Shown here: one piece after another, positions 21,340-31,473 of the stretch | How positions within the stretch are numbered: the first letter of the stretch is position 1 | How the letters are laid out: every line of letters starts with the position of its first letter | IMG/VR virus record: IMGVR_UViG_3300020049_005154 | Length of the DNA: 64,000 nt | Direction: 5' to 3' (one strand) | DNA from: an uncultured virus (IMG/VR IMGVR_UViG_3300020049_005154) | Lineage: Duplodnaviria > Heunggongvirae > Uroviricota > Caudoviricetes | Made by a program: the position numbers and the translations under genes | The notes under the pieces: generated by a model | Databases searched by the model: none | Seen by the model: the letters and a program-made list of their open reading frames with translations, nothing else | What the model was told of the DNA's origin: nothing

Positions 21340-21948
21340 TTACCCTAGTTCATTTATATTAATCACCGCATCTACGGCGCCTGTATTGAAGAAGGCTATG
21401 GCCTTATTGTGCGTATCCAGAAGCATAATATGACCAGTGTTGACCGGTATCGTTCTGCCGTAAATTGCCGACGGCTTAAGCCATCTAACGGCATTCGTGA
21501 TAACGGGAGTACCGACAGCAATCGCAGCAGCCCGTACAAGCCCTGCTGTGCCCGCTGGTACACCATTGCGAGGCTCTCGCCAAGGAAGATTAGTACCCCA
21601 ACCCTGGACGATGCCTCTGAATTGAACAGTGCCGCCACCATGAAGCTCGATAGGATTGTAGTACCCATCTAGCTTCGACTGATCTGCTACCTCAAACTCA
21701 TACAGAGCATCAGGACCAGACCTTAGTGTGACTGCACTAGTAACTGTAGTAAGGTCAGTAGTAACGGCAGTAGGCCAAGTGATAGCCTTGACCCCTGCCC
21801 CAGTAACCTCAATGCCGATACGCTTAACACAGTCGGTAATGACAGCGGACATATCAAACACGCCCACAGCACCAGCGGCTACGGTAAGCGTACCTCTAGG
21901 AATTATCCTAGTGTCTGCAAAACCGATCATGTCGGCGGTCTGAATCAT
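21340..21948 (-). CDS. Hypothetical structural protein
   Basis: 202-aa beta-rich A/V/T-rich ORF in the late operon. Confidence 0.55.
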   Translation of the reverse strand: MIQTADMIGFADTRIIPRGTLTVAAGAVGVFDMSAVITDCVKRIGIEVTGAGVKAITWPTAVTTDLTTVTSAVTLRSGPDALYEFEVADQSKLDGYYNPIELHGGGTVQFRGIVQGWGTNLPWREPRNGVPAGTAGLVRAAAIAVGTPVITNAVRWLKPSAIYGRTIPVNTGHIMLLDTHNKAIAFFNTGAVDAVININELG

Positions 21949-21958
21949 TTAAGTAGCC

Positions 21959-22498
21959 TTAGTTAGTAAGCTGGAAAGGCACAGATACCTTAGCAGCACC
22001 GGCAGCACCGGCATCAGTAACAGCCTTAGCCATAGCCGCTGCGCCTTCTTCGATAGTGCTATCAACCTTATCCTGCTTACCCTTAACAGCCTTAGCCGCA
22101 CGTTCGCGTTCAAACTGCTTCTTCTCTTCGTCCGTGAGCATAAAGTTAGAGTTGTTAGCAATCTGTTCATAGATAAGCTGATTAGGTGCGCTAGCCTTAG
22201 AGCCGTCCTTATTGCGGAACGTAAGCCAAGGATAGGCGAATTCAGGGTTCTCAGTAGCGTACACCCAAAGCTGGACATTGGGGGTAGACCTACCATCAAT
22301 CATCTTAGTAGGGCCAGCAACAACGCAGAAACGCTGCTGCGTAATGCCCTTGAAGTCTAGCAGCTTGTTAAGCTCTGCATTGAACTTCTCGTACTGGTTA
22401 TTATCCCCAAGTCCGGGGATGAATGGCTGAGCCCAAGGCCAGGTAGTACGCCAAGAGTTATCGCCAAGCGGAACAGAGATTCGTCCATTTGCGCTCAT
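21959..22498 (-). CDS. Hypothetical protein
   Basis: Probable start MSANGR at 22498, immediately after the upstream stop. Confidence 0.6.
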   Translation of the reverse strand: MSANGRISVPLGDNSWRTTWPWAQPFIPGLGDNNQYEKFNAELNKLLDFKGITQQRFCVVAGPTKMIDGRSTPNVQLWVYATENPEFAYPWLTFRNKDGSKASAPNQLIYEQIANNSNFMLTDEEKKQFERERAAKAVKGKQDKVDSTIEEGAAAMAKAVTDAGAAGAAKVSVPFQLTN

Positions 22499-22499
22499 G

Positions 22500-23318
22500 T
22501 TAATCATCGCTCTCTTTAACAGTATGATTGTAAACCGATCCGCTAACCATTTCAGTAGAAGGATCGGACGCATTAAGGTTGCTAGTAGCAAGCCACCAAC
22601 GCATACGATCACCGGCAGCTAGCGCAGTAACGCCACCTGTGTCAAGAGGCGGGGGATTCCAACTGAAAAACCTAGGGCTGAAGTAGTTAGAAAAGTAGGT
22701 AGCATCTACTGTAATAGAGCTAGAAGCAGGACCAGTAGCGTCTAGGAACTCCATGCAGCCAATATCCTGATAGCGAGAAGGGCAGCCCCAAACGAAGAAG
22801 CCCCAAGGATTAACGTCTAGCAAGTCGCCGGACTCAATATCATTAGTCTGGGTAATGTAGACCTTAATCTCTGGGGTAGCAAGGAACGGGATAGAGCCAT
22901 ACAGAGTACGAACATTAGTGCTATGGTCTGTCTCGTCAAACCAAAAGACTTCAGTAGCAGTAATGTTTCCAACTGCCTTGCCTACAACAGTAAAGACTGG
23001 CGTAGAGACAGTAGAATCATCATCAGTGAAATTGATAGCAAGAGTACGTGCGCCGGTAGTAGGAGTAATGGAAGATGCAGAAATCTGATCCCCGTTAACC
23101 TCAGAGCCAGTACACGTATAGTTAAGCAGAACACCAGTAGTATTAGTAGTTGGAATGTCATCTGACGCCCAAACTACAATCTCTGTCTGTGCAGCACCGA
23201 TAAGGCGTTCAATATCATTACCCGGTGTAGCAGACCACCCTCCCGCATTGCTGCGGGAGGGGGCCAGAGCCAACACCATAATGCACAGGAGAGTAACAAG
23301 TGCAGTAAGGTTACGCAT
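22500..23318 (-). CDS. Signal-peptide-bearing beta-rich protein directly downstream of the major capsid gene
   Basis: MRNLTALVTLLCIMVLALAPSRSNA-GG, with SD AAAGGA in a clean intergenic gap. Confidence 0.75.
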   Translation of the reverse strand: MRNLTALVTLLCIMVLALAPSRSNAGGWSATPGNDIERLIGAAQTEIVVWASDDIPTTNTTGVLLNYTCTGSEVNGDQISASSITPTTGARTLAINFTDDDSTVSTPVFTVVGKAVGNITATEVFWFDETDHSTNVRTLYGSIPFLATPEIKVYITQTNDIESGDLLDVNPWGFFVWGCPSRYQDIGCMEFLDATGPASSSITVDATYFSNYFSPRFFSWNPPPLDTGGVTALAAGDRMRWWLATSNLNASDPSTEMVSGSVYNHTVKESDD

Positions 23319-23339
23319 GTTAGTTAGAGTCCTTTAGGA

Positions 23340-24824
23340 TTAAACAGTCAGAAGCTCAGTCGGGCCAGTACCAAACGACTCACCGGAGGGAAGCGTAGCC
23401 TTAGCCATCGTATCCCTACGTCCAGCGAAGAAGTTAGCAATAAGGCCCATGACCATTTCATAGTTAAGCGTAGTCGGGATACGGCTGAAGTTAGTACCCA
23501 GCGGGTCTCCCGGAAGTGCGCCAAGCTCCATTTCAACGCAACGGACGATAGAGCCAGGATTGACAAGGAAGATGCGATTAAGAGGACACATGCTGTCCGT
23601 CATAATGTACATATTCTTGTAAATCTCGACTTCAATATCCGGGTCGATAACCTTGGGGAGTTCAAACGGGTTAATCATGTACTGACCAACGCCGCCAAAC
23701 GCACTAAGGCTATACTCTAGAGACTTGCGCACAAAGGGGTGCATAAGGACGACGATAGAATCGCGCATAGGGCGCTCGATTTCGTCGAACATGCTAGCCT
23801 GCATATCCTCCGGGACCACGTTACCAACCGTGGTAGGATTACGAGACTGCGTAACCCTAGCATAGATGGAAGACATAAGGCCGTCCAGCATCTTGAAGCT
23901 ACCCTTAACGCCGGAGGTATACGCCTGAACGAAAGACGTGTACTGGACATTAGTAGCAGCAGTCACCGGAATGTTAGCACCCTCATTACGAGGATAGTCA
24001 CCATTACCGATAATTTCATCAAGGCCGGAGAGGAAGCAATTGTTAGCAGCGGTGCTAGTAGTAGCCGCAACATTCATATTGCGGATAGCGATAATAGCAC
24101 CGATGGGGATAGTAAAGTTTCCAGTACCGTAGCCGGTAGTAGAGAACTTCGGGAAGGTAACGAGATTAGTACCCTGGCCCCAAGTAGTATTGCCGTTGTT
24201 AACGACAACACCATAAGGCGCACTGCCAGTAGAGGCGCGGGCAATAAGGCTACCGTCAGAGTCCAAAACGTCAAACTCAAAGTTGACGTGCATCTTCTGC
24301 ACATCTTCAACTTCAAGAGAGAAGTTACCCGTACCCGTAACAGTAAGGGAAGCCGTAACAGCCGTAACCTTACCATACTGGCCAGTACCGTAGAGGGCCG
24401 CAGAAAGCGACATAGCTACCGACTTAGCGATAGCATTACGCTTAAGGAGAAGCTGGCTAAAGTACAGGTCTTCGTTGCCACCGGCATTGAAATACTGATA
24501 CTGCTGCTCCGTAATCGTAACGCGACCGTAGAAGTTCTGCTGAGTAATAGCCGCGCTAACAGGAACAGGATCGTACTCGCCGATAGTGGCCATAGAGTTA
24601 CCACTATCGGGATTACCCATAGAGCCAGAGAAGCCAGAGACTAGACGCCACTGGTACTGACGACCCATAGGGCCAATAGACTCAATCTTAAACGGATCGG
24701 TTCCGTTAGAGAAGAACAGATCGTACAGCTTGCTATGGAAGCGGGCAAGCTGAGAGCATCCAGCCTGCCTAATCTTACGGGCTTCGTCGCTCCAATAGCC
24801 GGTAATGGGATTATAATTGCTCAT
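23340..24824 (-). CDS. Major capsid protein
   Basis: 494 aa, follows portal and scaffold, and is the most codon-optimised gene by eye. HK97-like features: FYGRVTIT, SAALYGTG, LSGLDEII, MTDSMCPLNRIFLVN. Confidence 0.8.
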   Translation of the reverse strand: MSNYNPITGYWSDEARKIRQAGCSQLARFHSKLYDLFFSNGTDPFKIESIGPMGRQYQWRLVSGFSGSMGNPDSGNSMATIGEYDPVPVSAAITQQNFYGRVTITEQQYQYFNAGGNEDLYFSQLLLKRNAIAKSVAMSLSAALYGTGQYGKVTAVTASLTVTGTGNFSLEVEDVQKMHVNFEFDVLDSDGSLIARASTGSAPYGVVVNNGNTTWGQGTNLVTFPKFSTTGYGTGNFTIPIGAIIAIRNMNVAATTSTAANNCFLSGLDEIIGNGDYPRNEGANIPVTAATNVQYTSFVQAYTSGVKGSFKMLDGLMSSIYARVTQSRNPTTVGNVVPEDMQASMFDEIERPMRDSIVVLMHPFVRKSLEYSLSAFGGVGQYMINPFELPKVIDPDIEVEIYKNMYIMTDSMCPLNRIFLVNPGSIVRCVEMELGALPGDPLGTNFSRIPTTLNYEMVMGLIANFFAGRRDTMAKATLPSGESFGTGPTELLTV

Positions 24825-24838
24825 GGTATTTTACCTTG

Positions 24839-26134
24839 TTAGATTCTAGGTGGTGTAGTAATCGGAGTTGCTCGTGCATTAAAACTTGTCATCGTTCGCT
24901 TGATGTCAGCTTCAGTCTGAGACTTAGCTATATCACGCAATGTACGACGCTCCAAAACCCTAGCGTTTTGCGTGCCGGTTGTGGGAGCGTTGGGCGGCGG
25001 GGGAGTATATGGCGTTGTGACGTTTGAAGCCCCAAGCGGTGTGGGGATCGAGGGAGGGGCCGCTGCGGGCGCTTGCTGCGTCGGCTCTGGGGTAACTACG
25101 GGAACCCCCGGAGATACTTGCGGAGCCATGTACTTACCAAGCAATGCAGCAGTATTAGCCTTAGCCTCTGCAAACACACTATTGCGCATCATCTCGGAAC
25201 CGTCATAACGATTACCGATACGATTCATAATAGTTTCAAGCTGACCGTCAAACACACTCTTGGCTAGTTGATACGCTTGCGGATCAACCTTATCAGTGCC
25301 GACTCTTGCTTGCGGGATTGTGTCAAATACCGTCTTAGCGACAATATTCTGTACCTGCCTCTCAATGCGCGCAGTAAACTCAGCTTCGCTCTTAGCTTCA
25401 AGCTGCTTAGCCTGCGCCTCAAACTTCTTCTCTTGAATCTCAAACTTCTTACCAAGCACTTCATTGTCTAGCTGTACCTTAACATACCGCTGTACTTCAG
25501 GACTATTAACATCAGGGTAGATATACTCATACGCAGTACCCTGGGCATTAAGAACCGGCCTAGCCTCATTGTCATACTTAATCTGCTTCATCTCTTCGCT
25601 AACTGCCTTGGCTAGCTCAGCACCTCGCGTAGCCCTAAAAGCGGATTCATCGAAAGCGAATGGATCAACAGCCGGAGCGGTAGACTTAACAACACCTTCA
25701 TTAGCTTGCGCTGCCAGGATAGCCGAAGCGCGCTGAATCTGCCTAGGGTCTCCGCTCTTAACCATGATAGCAAGAGCGTCGAAGAGAGGATCAGACATAG
25801 TAGGCGCATCAAGCGTCGGCGCCGTGGGCGCGGGAGCCGCCGCCGGAGGGGCTGGCGTGACCGCTGGTGCAGCAGAAGGGGCTGCTGCGGGCGCTTGCGC
25901 GGGCTGCTTGACGAAATGCCCTGTACGGCCTGCCGCGTAATCCGCCATAGTGGGGGCAGGATTAGGCACAAACATAACCTTCTCGCCGCTAGGCAATGTC
26001 TGCTCTAGCTGTGTATAGCTCCTAGTAGGCGCAACAGGGGCTACAGGTGCAACTACTGCCGGAGGGGCAGCACTAGCCACAGGTGCAACAGGCGGGCTAC
26101 TAATCACTGCATCGGCATTGTAAAACTTAAGCAT
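24839..26134 (-). CDS. Capsid scaffolding protein
   Basis: P/A-rich termini with a central coiled coil; lies between portal and MCP. Confidence 0.7.
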   Translation of the reverse strand: MLKFYNADAVISSPPVAPVASAAPPAVVAPVAPVAPTRSYTQLEQTLPSGEKVMFVPNPAPTMADYAAGRTGHFVKQPAQAPAAAPSAAPAVTPAPPAAAPAPTAPTLDAPTMSDPLFDALAIMVKSGDPRQIQRASAILAAQANEGVVKSTAPAVDPFAFDESAFRATRGAELAKAVSEEMKQIKYDNEARPVLNAQGTAYEYIYPDVNSPEVQRYVKVQLDNEVLGKKFEIQEKKFEAQAKQLEAKSEAEFTARIERQVQNIVAKTVFDTIPQARVGTDKVDPQAYQLAKSVFDGQLETIMNRIGNRYDGSEMMRNSVFAEAKANTAALLGKYMAPQVSPGVPVVTPEPTQQAPAAAPPSIPTPLGASNVTTPYTPPPPNAPTTGTQNARVLERRTLRDIAKSQTEADIKRTMTSFNARATPITTPPRI

Positions 26135-26154
26135 ACAGCTACCTCTATGTAGAA

Positions 26155-28365
26155 TTAGGCCATAGCCCTAACACGCCCAGACTGTAAACCGCCTTGGCGT
26201 GAGGTCTTTAGACCTTTAGATACCGCGTTTGCTTCAGCCGATATTGCAGCGGTCAGTACGTTACCTGCTGCCTCAGCCTGCATCTGCTCTGCCGTATCCT
26301 TAAGCTGCTGCTTCTTTGCAGCTTCAGCATTACGGCTTTCAGCCTCTTGGTGCATATCAAGCAGCAGCAGGGCTATCTGTCTTTGATCTTCAGTAGTTTG
26401 AGGGTTCTGCACAAACTTAGAGTACTGATCTATCATTATGTAGTGAATCATCCACTCTTGATACAGGACTTCTCCACTAGGCCCAACAACTATAGGCACC
26501 TTCTCAAATGCCGTACCTTGTGGCGTCTCTACTGGCTGCTCAGTCTGTACGACAGCAACCTTGTTAGTCTTGATAAGGGCTATGTTCTTGCTAGCCTGTA
26601 TCTTGGCGTAGGCTTCTACTTCAGGCTCCATAGCTCCGATATTGCCCGTAGCTGTGAAGTCCCTAACACGCCTACGCATAGCGTCAAACTCTGGGCCTTC
26701 AGCGAATAGGCCCATCTGCATAAGATTGGTAATTTGCTCATACCTATCTTCTGGAGTCTGAAGTCCGACAGGCTCAGGCTTATACTCGAAATCCGTCTCC
26801 ATCAAATCAGCGTCACAGTAGTCATCATAGTACGTAGTGCCATCAGGCAGTAGCAGATTGCCAAGCCTGGACTTATCGAAAAGACCAGAGTGCTTAGCAA
26901 GCATTACTTCCTTCTGCCTGAGAATACTATCAGCATTGAAAGTCTCTGTCAGTAGCGGCTGTAACTCTTGGGCATTACGCTTAATGGCTTCTTCATACGT
27001 GTCGTGTGCTGTACGCGGAGGAAGGATACCCTGCACAACAGGGTTAACCTTACCTAAACGGAATATCTCGGCAACCTGAAAGTCAAGCTGGCCTTGGAAG
27101 TACTGAAGCTGTCCGTAGTCTGCGGAAAGCCTTTGGGGAATACCTCTAGCCGGGTCAAACTCTGCAATGGTCGTACCCAAAGATGCAGTGAAGTTCTCCA
27201 TACGGCTGCCATGGGGCTTAAGAATGATGTCCTTAAGCATCCTCTGGTAATGTCGCATAGCGGCAGCACGCATCTTATTGATTGAACGCTGTGGCCTGAT
27301 AAGATCATCGCCGTGACCCATAGACCATAAGCTAGATGGCGTAGACCAAGAAGAGAACTTGACATAGGGGTGAAATGGAAGGTTGCCCTCCCCTCCTAGG
27401 TAGTAATCAAGGCCATAATTGCAAGTGTAGATGCAAGTCCAGTTGCCGTTAGAGTCAGCTTCCCAATAAGAGCAAAGCTTACCAGTCATACCCCTAGCAT
27501 CCAGCATATACCCGCGCTGATTGTTAGCCCGCTTATCATAACCATAAGCAGAATTGCCGGATACTGCCATCTGAGATAGGCCGATAGACCTGTAATCATA
27601 AGAGATAACAGGCGCTACCTGGTCCGGGTCGGCTCCAAACTTCTCAGCCAACATTCTGATAGTCTGGATAGGGAGGAACTCTACTACAGCAAATTGCCTA
27701 CACTGAGAAGGATCGTTAAAGTCTAGAACGCCAGAAGGGACCACAACGCAGCTAGAGTTAACGTCAACTTCCTTGATATGCCCCATCTTAAAGCGGGCAA
27801 GGTACTTATCGTTACCTACTTGCTCAACCCTAGCCGGGGATTGACCGTACTGATTGATAATTACATTAAGCTGATCTGCGTCGCAGTACAGATCATCAAG
27901 GGAGTCTTCATCTATCTCGCAACGCACAATGCTATCCGCCCTAAGAAGGGTAGCTAGCATCCTACGCTTGTCCTTAACGGGGCCACCATTGCGACGTTTA
28001 ACGTCTCGCGCAAATGCCGTAGTAAGGTTAGCGGAACGCTGCCTAGAAGGTAGCCCACTAGTAGTAATGGCAGTAGGCATATACTGCTCCCGAGTAAGCA
28101 GGGAGAGTACGGCATCGAATACTAGCTTGTAGTAGTTACGAATAGCGCCGCCGTCATTAATTACTTCCGGCTCACCCTTAACTACACCATCCACTAGATC
28201 AAAGAAAACCCAATGGATGCCAGTATAGAAGTTCTCGCTAATGATCGAAAGTGCTGTCTGCGTGGACTTAGAAGTATCCCAAGTAGTAACAAAGTTAACA
28301 ATATAGGATGGAATATCCTTGGGGTCCGAAGGCAGCGACAAAGGCACAGAGTACATTCTAGACAT
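26155..28365 (-). CDS. Portal protein (P22/podovirus-like)
   Basis: 736 aa after TerL; HPYVKF...SLWSMGHGDDLIRPQRSINKM motif and Q/A-rich C-terminal helix. Confidence 0.85.
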   Translation of the reverse strand: MSRMYSVPLSLPSDPKDIPSYIVNFVTTWDTSKSTQTALSIISENFYTGIHWVFFDLVDGVVKGEPEVINDGGAIRNYYKLVFDAVLSLLTREQYMPTAITTSGLPSRQRSANLTTAFARDVKRRNGGPVKDKRRMLATLLRADSIVRCEIDEDSLDDLYCDADQLNVIINQYGQSPARVEQVGNDKYLARFKMGHIKEVDVNSSCVVVPSGVLDFNDPSQCRQFAVVEFLPIQTIRMLAEKFGADPDQVAPVISYDYRSIGLSQMAVSGNSAYGYDKRANNQRGYMLDARGMTGKLCSYWEADSNGNWTCIYTCNYGLDYYLGGEGNLPFHPYVKFSSWSTPSSLWSMGHGDDLIRPQRSINKMRAAAMRHYQRMLKDIILKPHGSRMENFTASLGTTIAEFDPARGIPQRLSADYGQLQYFQGQLDFQVAEIFRLGKVNPVVQGILPPRTAHDTYEEAIKRNAQELQPLLTETFNADSILRQKEVMLAKHSGLFDKSRLGNLLLPDGTTYYDDYCDADLMETDFEYKPEPVGLQTPEDRYEQITNLMQMGLFAEGPEFDAMRRRVRDFTATGNIGAMEPEVEAYAKIQASKNIALIKTNKVAVVQTEQPVETPQGTAFEKVPIVVGPSGEVLYQEWMIHYIMIDQYSKFVQNPQTTEDQRQIALLLLDMHQEAESRNAEAAKKQQLKDTAEQMQAEAAGNVLTAAISAEANAVSKGLKTSRQGGLQSGRVRAMA

Positions 28366-28804
28366 CCTTGGTTACATCCCTTCCCATAGCTTGTGCCCTA
28401 GCGTGTAGGTGCTGGCCTAAGTTCTCTACTGACGGCAAATGCCCCGTATCGTAAAGAGGTACGGGGGTAGGAGGGGCTATGTTAGGTGCAGACGGCATAG
28501 CGTAGTTTGAAATTACATCCTCTACTCTGGCAGGAGGTACAGGTGTATTAGTACGCTCTACTGCCCTTAGAGCCTCTGCCCCGAATGCCTGCACCATCCT
28601 GGTCTGTTGAAGCACTATATTATCTAGATGCTTTCGCTGCTCTTCCATCATCTTCTGGAATGCTTCAACAATGATGTCAGTGTTACGAGAAGGATTAAGG
28701 ATTTGTTTGGCTACCTTGGCAACAACAACTACAGCCGCCACTAGGGCGGCTAGAGCAATGACGCAAAACCCAGTCATTAAATAGGCTGTTAGGTTTGAAT
28801 CCAT
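28358..28804 (-). CDS. Membrane-anchored hypothetical protein
   Basis: N-terminal TM segment (FCVIALAALVAAVVVVA); lies between TerL and portal. Confidence 0.65.
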   Translation of the reverse strand: MDSNLTAYLMTGFCVIALAALVAAVVVVAKVAKQILNPSRNTDIIVEAFQKMMEEQRKHLDNIVLQQTRMVQAFGAEALRAVERTNTPVPPARVEDVISNYAMPSAPNIAPPTPVPLYDTGHLPSVENLGQHLHARAQAMGRDVTKDV

Positions 28805-30909
28805 TATATGCTTTCGTTGCCGTAGCTATCAGACGTGTCCATGTTCTCCTTGACCGACCCCATTGCATTAAACGCGCCAATCCTCAAAGCGCGCTCGTCC
28901 GGGAACTCCCGCAAAGCCTCTTTCTGCGTGATTTCCCCTTCTTTTCCATCAACTACATTGATCTTATTGGAGTGCCAGCACCGGAGCGCCAACGCAATAA
29001 CGCCGTCATCTTTAGACTTAGGGGACTCTTGCCCCTTCTCCAGAGCCTCATAGTAAACATGATTATCTTTAGGCTTCTGGACGAAGTTCTTCAATTGGTT
29101 GAAGATAATAGGCGAACGTATGATAGTTCTCTTGGGATTATATCTATCATTAGACTTGTTGGCATAGGAGTCTAAGATGAAATTGCGTAGGTTATTAACA
29201 AGCTTACCTTTCGTGTGCTTAGTAGACGAAAAGCCTAGCTTGTTAGTCGATCTACGGTTAACGTCATTAATGTCAAACTCACGGAAGATACGCCAAGAAG
29301 GATAGCAGTTGCTATGGATAAGGTGCTGAGACACAGGGGCACCTAGCACGGCGTTAGCTTCTTCGCAGAAGAAGGGTAGCCTAATATCTACCGCTGCTTG
29401 CGCCTGTAGGCTAGTATACCCACAGAACTTCAAGATTTCAGTAACATTCCTGCACATAATGGGGAATGGGTCTTGGGACTGGTATTCAAGTACCTGCTCC
29501 CCCGTCTCATCATCAAACACTACAAGATAGCTGTAGTCGTACATATCACCAGCGTTAGACCCAATAGTACCAGCCCAAGGGTCGAAGCCGGAAGACAGCT
29601 TACCGGAAGTATCCCAAGGATACTTATAGATTCTAAGCCAACCAGACCCGTCACGCTCTAGGCTAGCTACACCTGAAGCACCTACTCTAAGGTAGCCCGT
29701 AAGGATGGGCTCCATGATAAGGGTCTCTAGCCATTCAAAGCAATGCACAGGTATAACTGTCTTGACACCAGAGCCAGCTACAGCTTCCTTGGGATCAAGC
29801 GGATACTCTGTAGCAAACTGCTCTTGCGTTCTATAGGTATCCCCCTGTAGAGGCTTAACCATACCGACAGGATAGAAGATACCAGCCTCTAGCTTAGCTC
29901 TACGGAATGCTAGATGCTTAAGAGCTTGAATCTCCAAATCACTAGCAGGAATATGATTCCTGAAATGGTAGGAGTTAAACATTATCTCTACGCAGCTTTT
30001 CTCATAATCATCTAAGGTATCTTTGAAGTCAGACCAATGAACGCCGGGGCATAACTCAGCCGTATTCAGACTGTCCATGAAGTACGGCAGGAAGATAGCA
30101 ACGAAGCTGGACAAGAAAGGCTTGTATCCAGGCTCCCATATATTGCAGCCACCTTGGAGAGCCCAACCCTTTTCAAACCTATGAGAAAAGTAGCCTGAGC
30201 CGCCCTGCTCTGCCGTAGACTCGCACATAAGCTCTGCGGACTTGACTCGAAACAGTGTAGCTGTAAGAGCATGGACCACGGCATCAGGGTCATCATAGAA
30301 GTCTACCTCTGACATATGCAGAAGCAGGCAACCCATACCACGGACTTTATCAATGCCCGTACCGTTAGCTGTGGTAAAGAAGAAGCCAGAAGAATATAGC
30401 TCAGACTGTGGATCATCCGAGCGAAACGTAATGCTATCCTTATTACTGGTCTCAATAGGCACAACCACATCTAGCGGGAACGAATTACGGTAGATGTCAT
30501 ATAGCTCTTTATTGATGCGCAGAGCGGTAGGCTCACGCTGAGCGATAACAGCCACCTTAGTACCTGAGCGAGTGATACACCTAGACAGATACTTAAGCAG
30601 AGTGTCTGTAGTAGCCCCTACACGGCGCCCCTTAAGGATAGAGAAGTTATTAGCGATGCCCTTATTGTGGCACTCAAACCTAGCCCTGTCAATATACCTC
30701 TGGACTAAGGACGGCCTAAAAGGAATGACGAGAGTAGGGGTCTCCCCATTCTCGTCTATATTCTCCTTCAGTGTGCCTTGGGTGTCTGATACGTGCGGAG
30801 AGACTATATTGTAGTATCCGCCGTATCTGAGAGTATCTGGCCTACGGCGTATCTCTGCCCACTGATTACGCATTAATACTAGGGCGGACGCTCTATCTCT
30901 ATCGGTCAT
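28804..30909 (-). CDS. terL: Terminase large subunit
   Basis: Walker A-like LKGRRVGATT, Walker B LLHMSE, coupling motif EST, EYP, and RNase H acidic motifs GFDP, DYS and DDGVIALAL. Confidence 0.93.
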   Translation of the reverse strand: MTDRDRASALVLMRNQWAEIRRRPDTLRYGGYYNIVSPHVSDTQGTLKENIDENGETPTLVIPFRPSLVQRYIDRARFECHNKGIANNFSILKGRRVGATTDTLLKYLSRCITRSGTKVAVIAQREPTALRINKELYDIYRNSFPLDVVVPIETSNKDSITFRSDDPQSELYSSGFFFTTANGTGIDKVRGMGCLLLHMSEVDFYDDPDAVVHALTATLFRVKSAELMCESTAEQGGSGYFSHRFEKGWALQGGCNIWEPGYKPFLSSFVAIFLPYFMDSLNTAELCPGVHWSDFKDTLDDYEKSCVEIMFNSYHFRNHIPASDLEIQALKHLAFRRAKLEAGIFYPVGMVKPLQGDTYRTQEQFATEYPLDPKEAVAGSGVKTVIPVHCFEWLETLIMEPILTGYLRVGASGVASLERDGSGWLRIYKYPWDTSGKLSSGFDPWAGTIGSNAGDMYDYSYLVVFDDETGEQVLEYQSQDPFPIMCRNVTEILKFCGYTSLQAQAAVDIRLPFFCEEANAVLGAPVSQHLIHSNCYPSWRIFREFDINDVNRRSTNKLGFSSTKHTKGKLVNNLRNFILDSYANKSNDRYNPKRTIIRSPIIFNQLKNFVQKPKDNHVYYEALEKGQESPKSKDDGVIALALRCWHSNKINVVDGKEGEITQKEALREFPDERALRIGAFNAMGSVKENMDTSDSYGNESI

Positions 30910-31472
30910 TAGAATAGCTTAGCTGCTGAAATGATGGCTTCATGGAATTCCTTACAGTTATCCATCTCTGTATGCTTAGTATCTTTCACTACAGTTTCCC
31001 TATACGACTGGTTAAGCGTACTATGGACCTTGGCGCCATAGCCAGTAGGCCAAGTACCCTCTTGCCTGAATAGCTCCGTATGCTGGACGTTGCGAGGGAT
31101 AGGGAAAGGAAAGTACTTACGCACTAGAGGTATCCTGCCAGCTATGGCAAATGGCCTACGTACAGGGTCGGATACATAAAAGGCAGGTACGCGCATCTCT
31201 GCAATTTCCTCACAGAAATTGAATGCCGTACATCCGCCCCAGGAATAGCCATACAGTAGTACTTGCTTAGCACCCCTACCTCTAATGAAAGAGGCAAGGT
31301 GCTGGATGTCATGGTCCCACAGATACGGGGTATGTATCATTACACCAGATAGCTTAGCAGCCCAGAGTCTATCGAATATATCGAAGATTCCGCTCTGCTT
31401 AGCTATCTCTTCTTGCGGCTTCTGAGTAAAACCGCAGAAGCCTATGATGTGCTTCTCAATTATGGTAGGCAT
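30909..31472 (-). CDS. Alpha/beta hydrolase (G-x-S-x-G)
   Basis: LLYGYSWGG nucleophile elbow, SDPV, and a C-terminal HTEMD histidine. Confidence 0.8.
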   Translation of the reverse strand: MPTIIEKHIIGFCGFTQKPQEEIAKQSGIFDIFDRLWAAKLSGVMIHTPYLWDHDIQHLASFIRGRGAKQVLLYGYSWGGCTAFNFCEEIAEMRVPAFYVSDPVRRPFAIAGRIPLVRKYFPFPIPRNVQHTELFRQEGTWPTGYGAKVHSTLNQSYRETVVKDTKHTEMDNCKEFHEAIISAAKLF

Positions 31473-31473
31473 A

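Noticed and set aside
3748..30814. Many plus-strand ORFs opposite the structural genes (e.g. 7480-8214, 23739-24644)
   Set aside because: They are antisense shadows of codon-biased genes, with no RBS or recognisable motifs.
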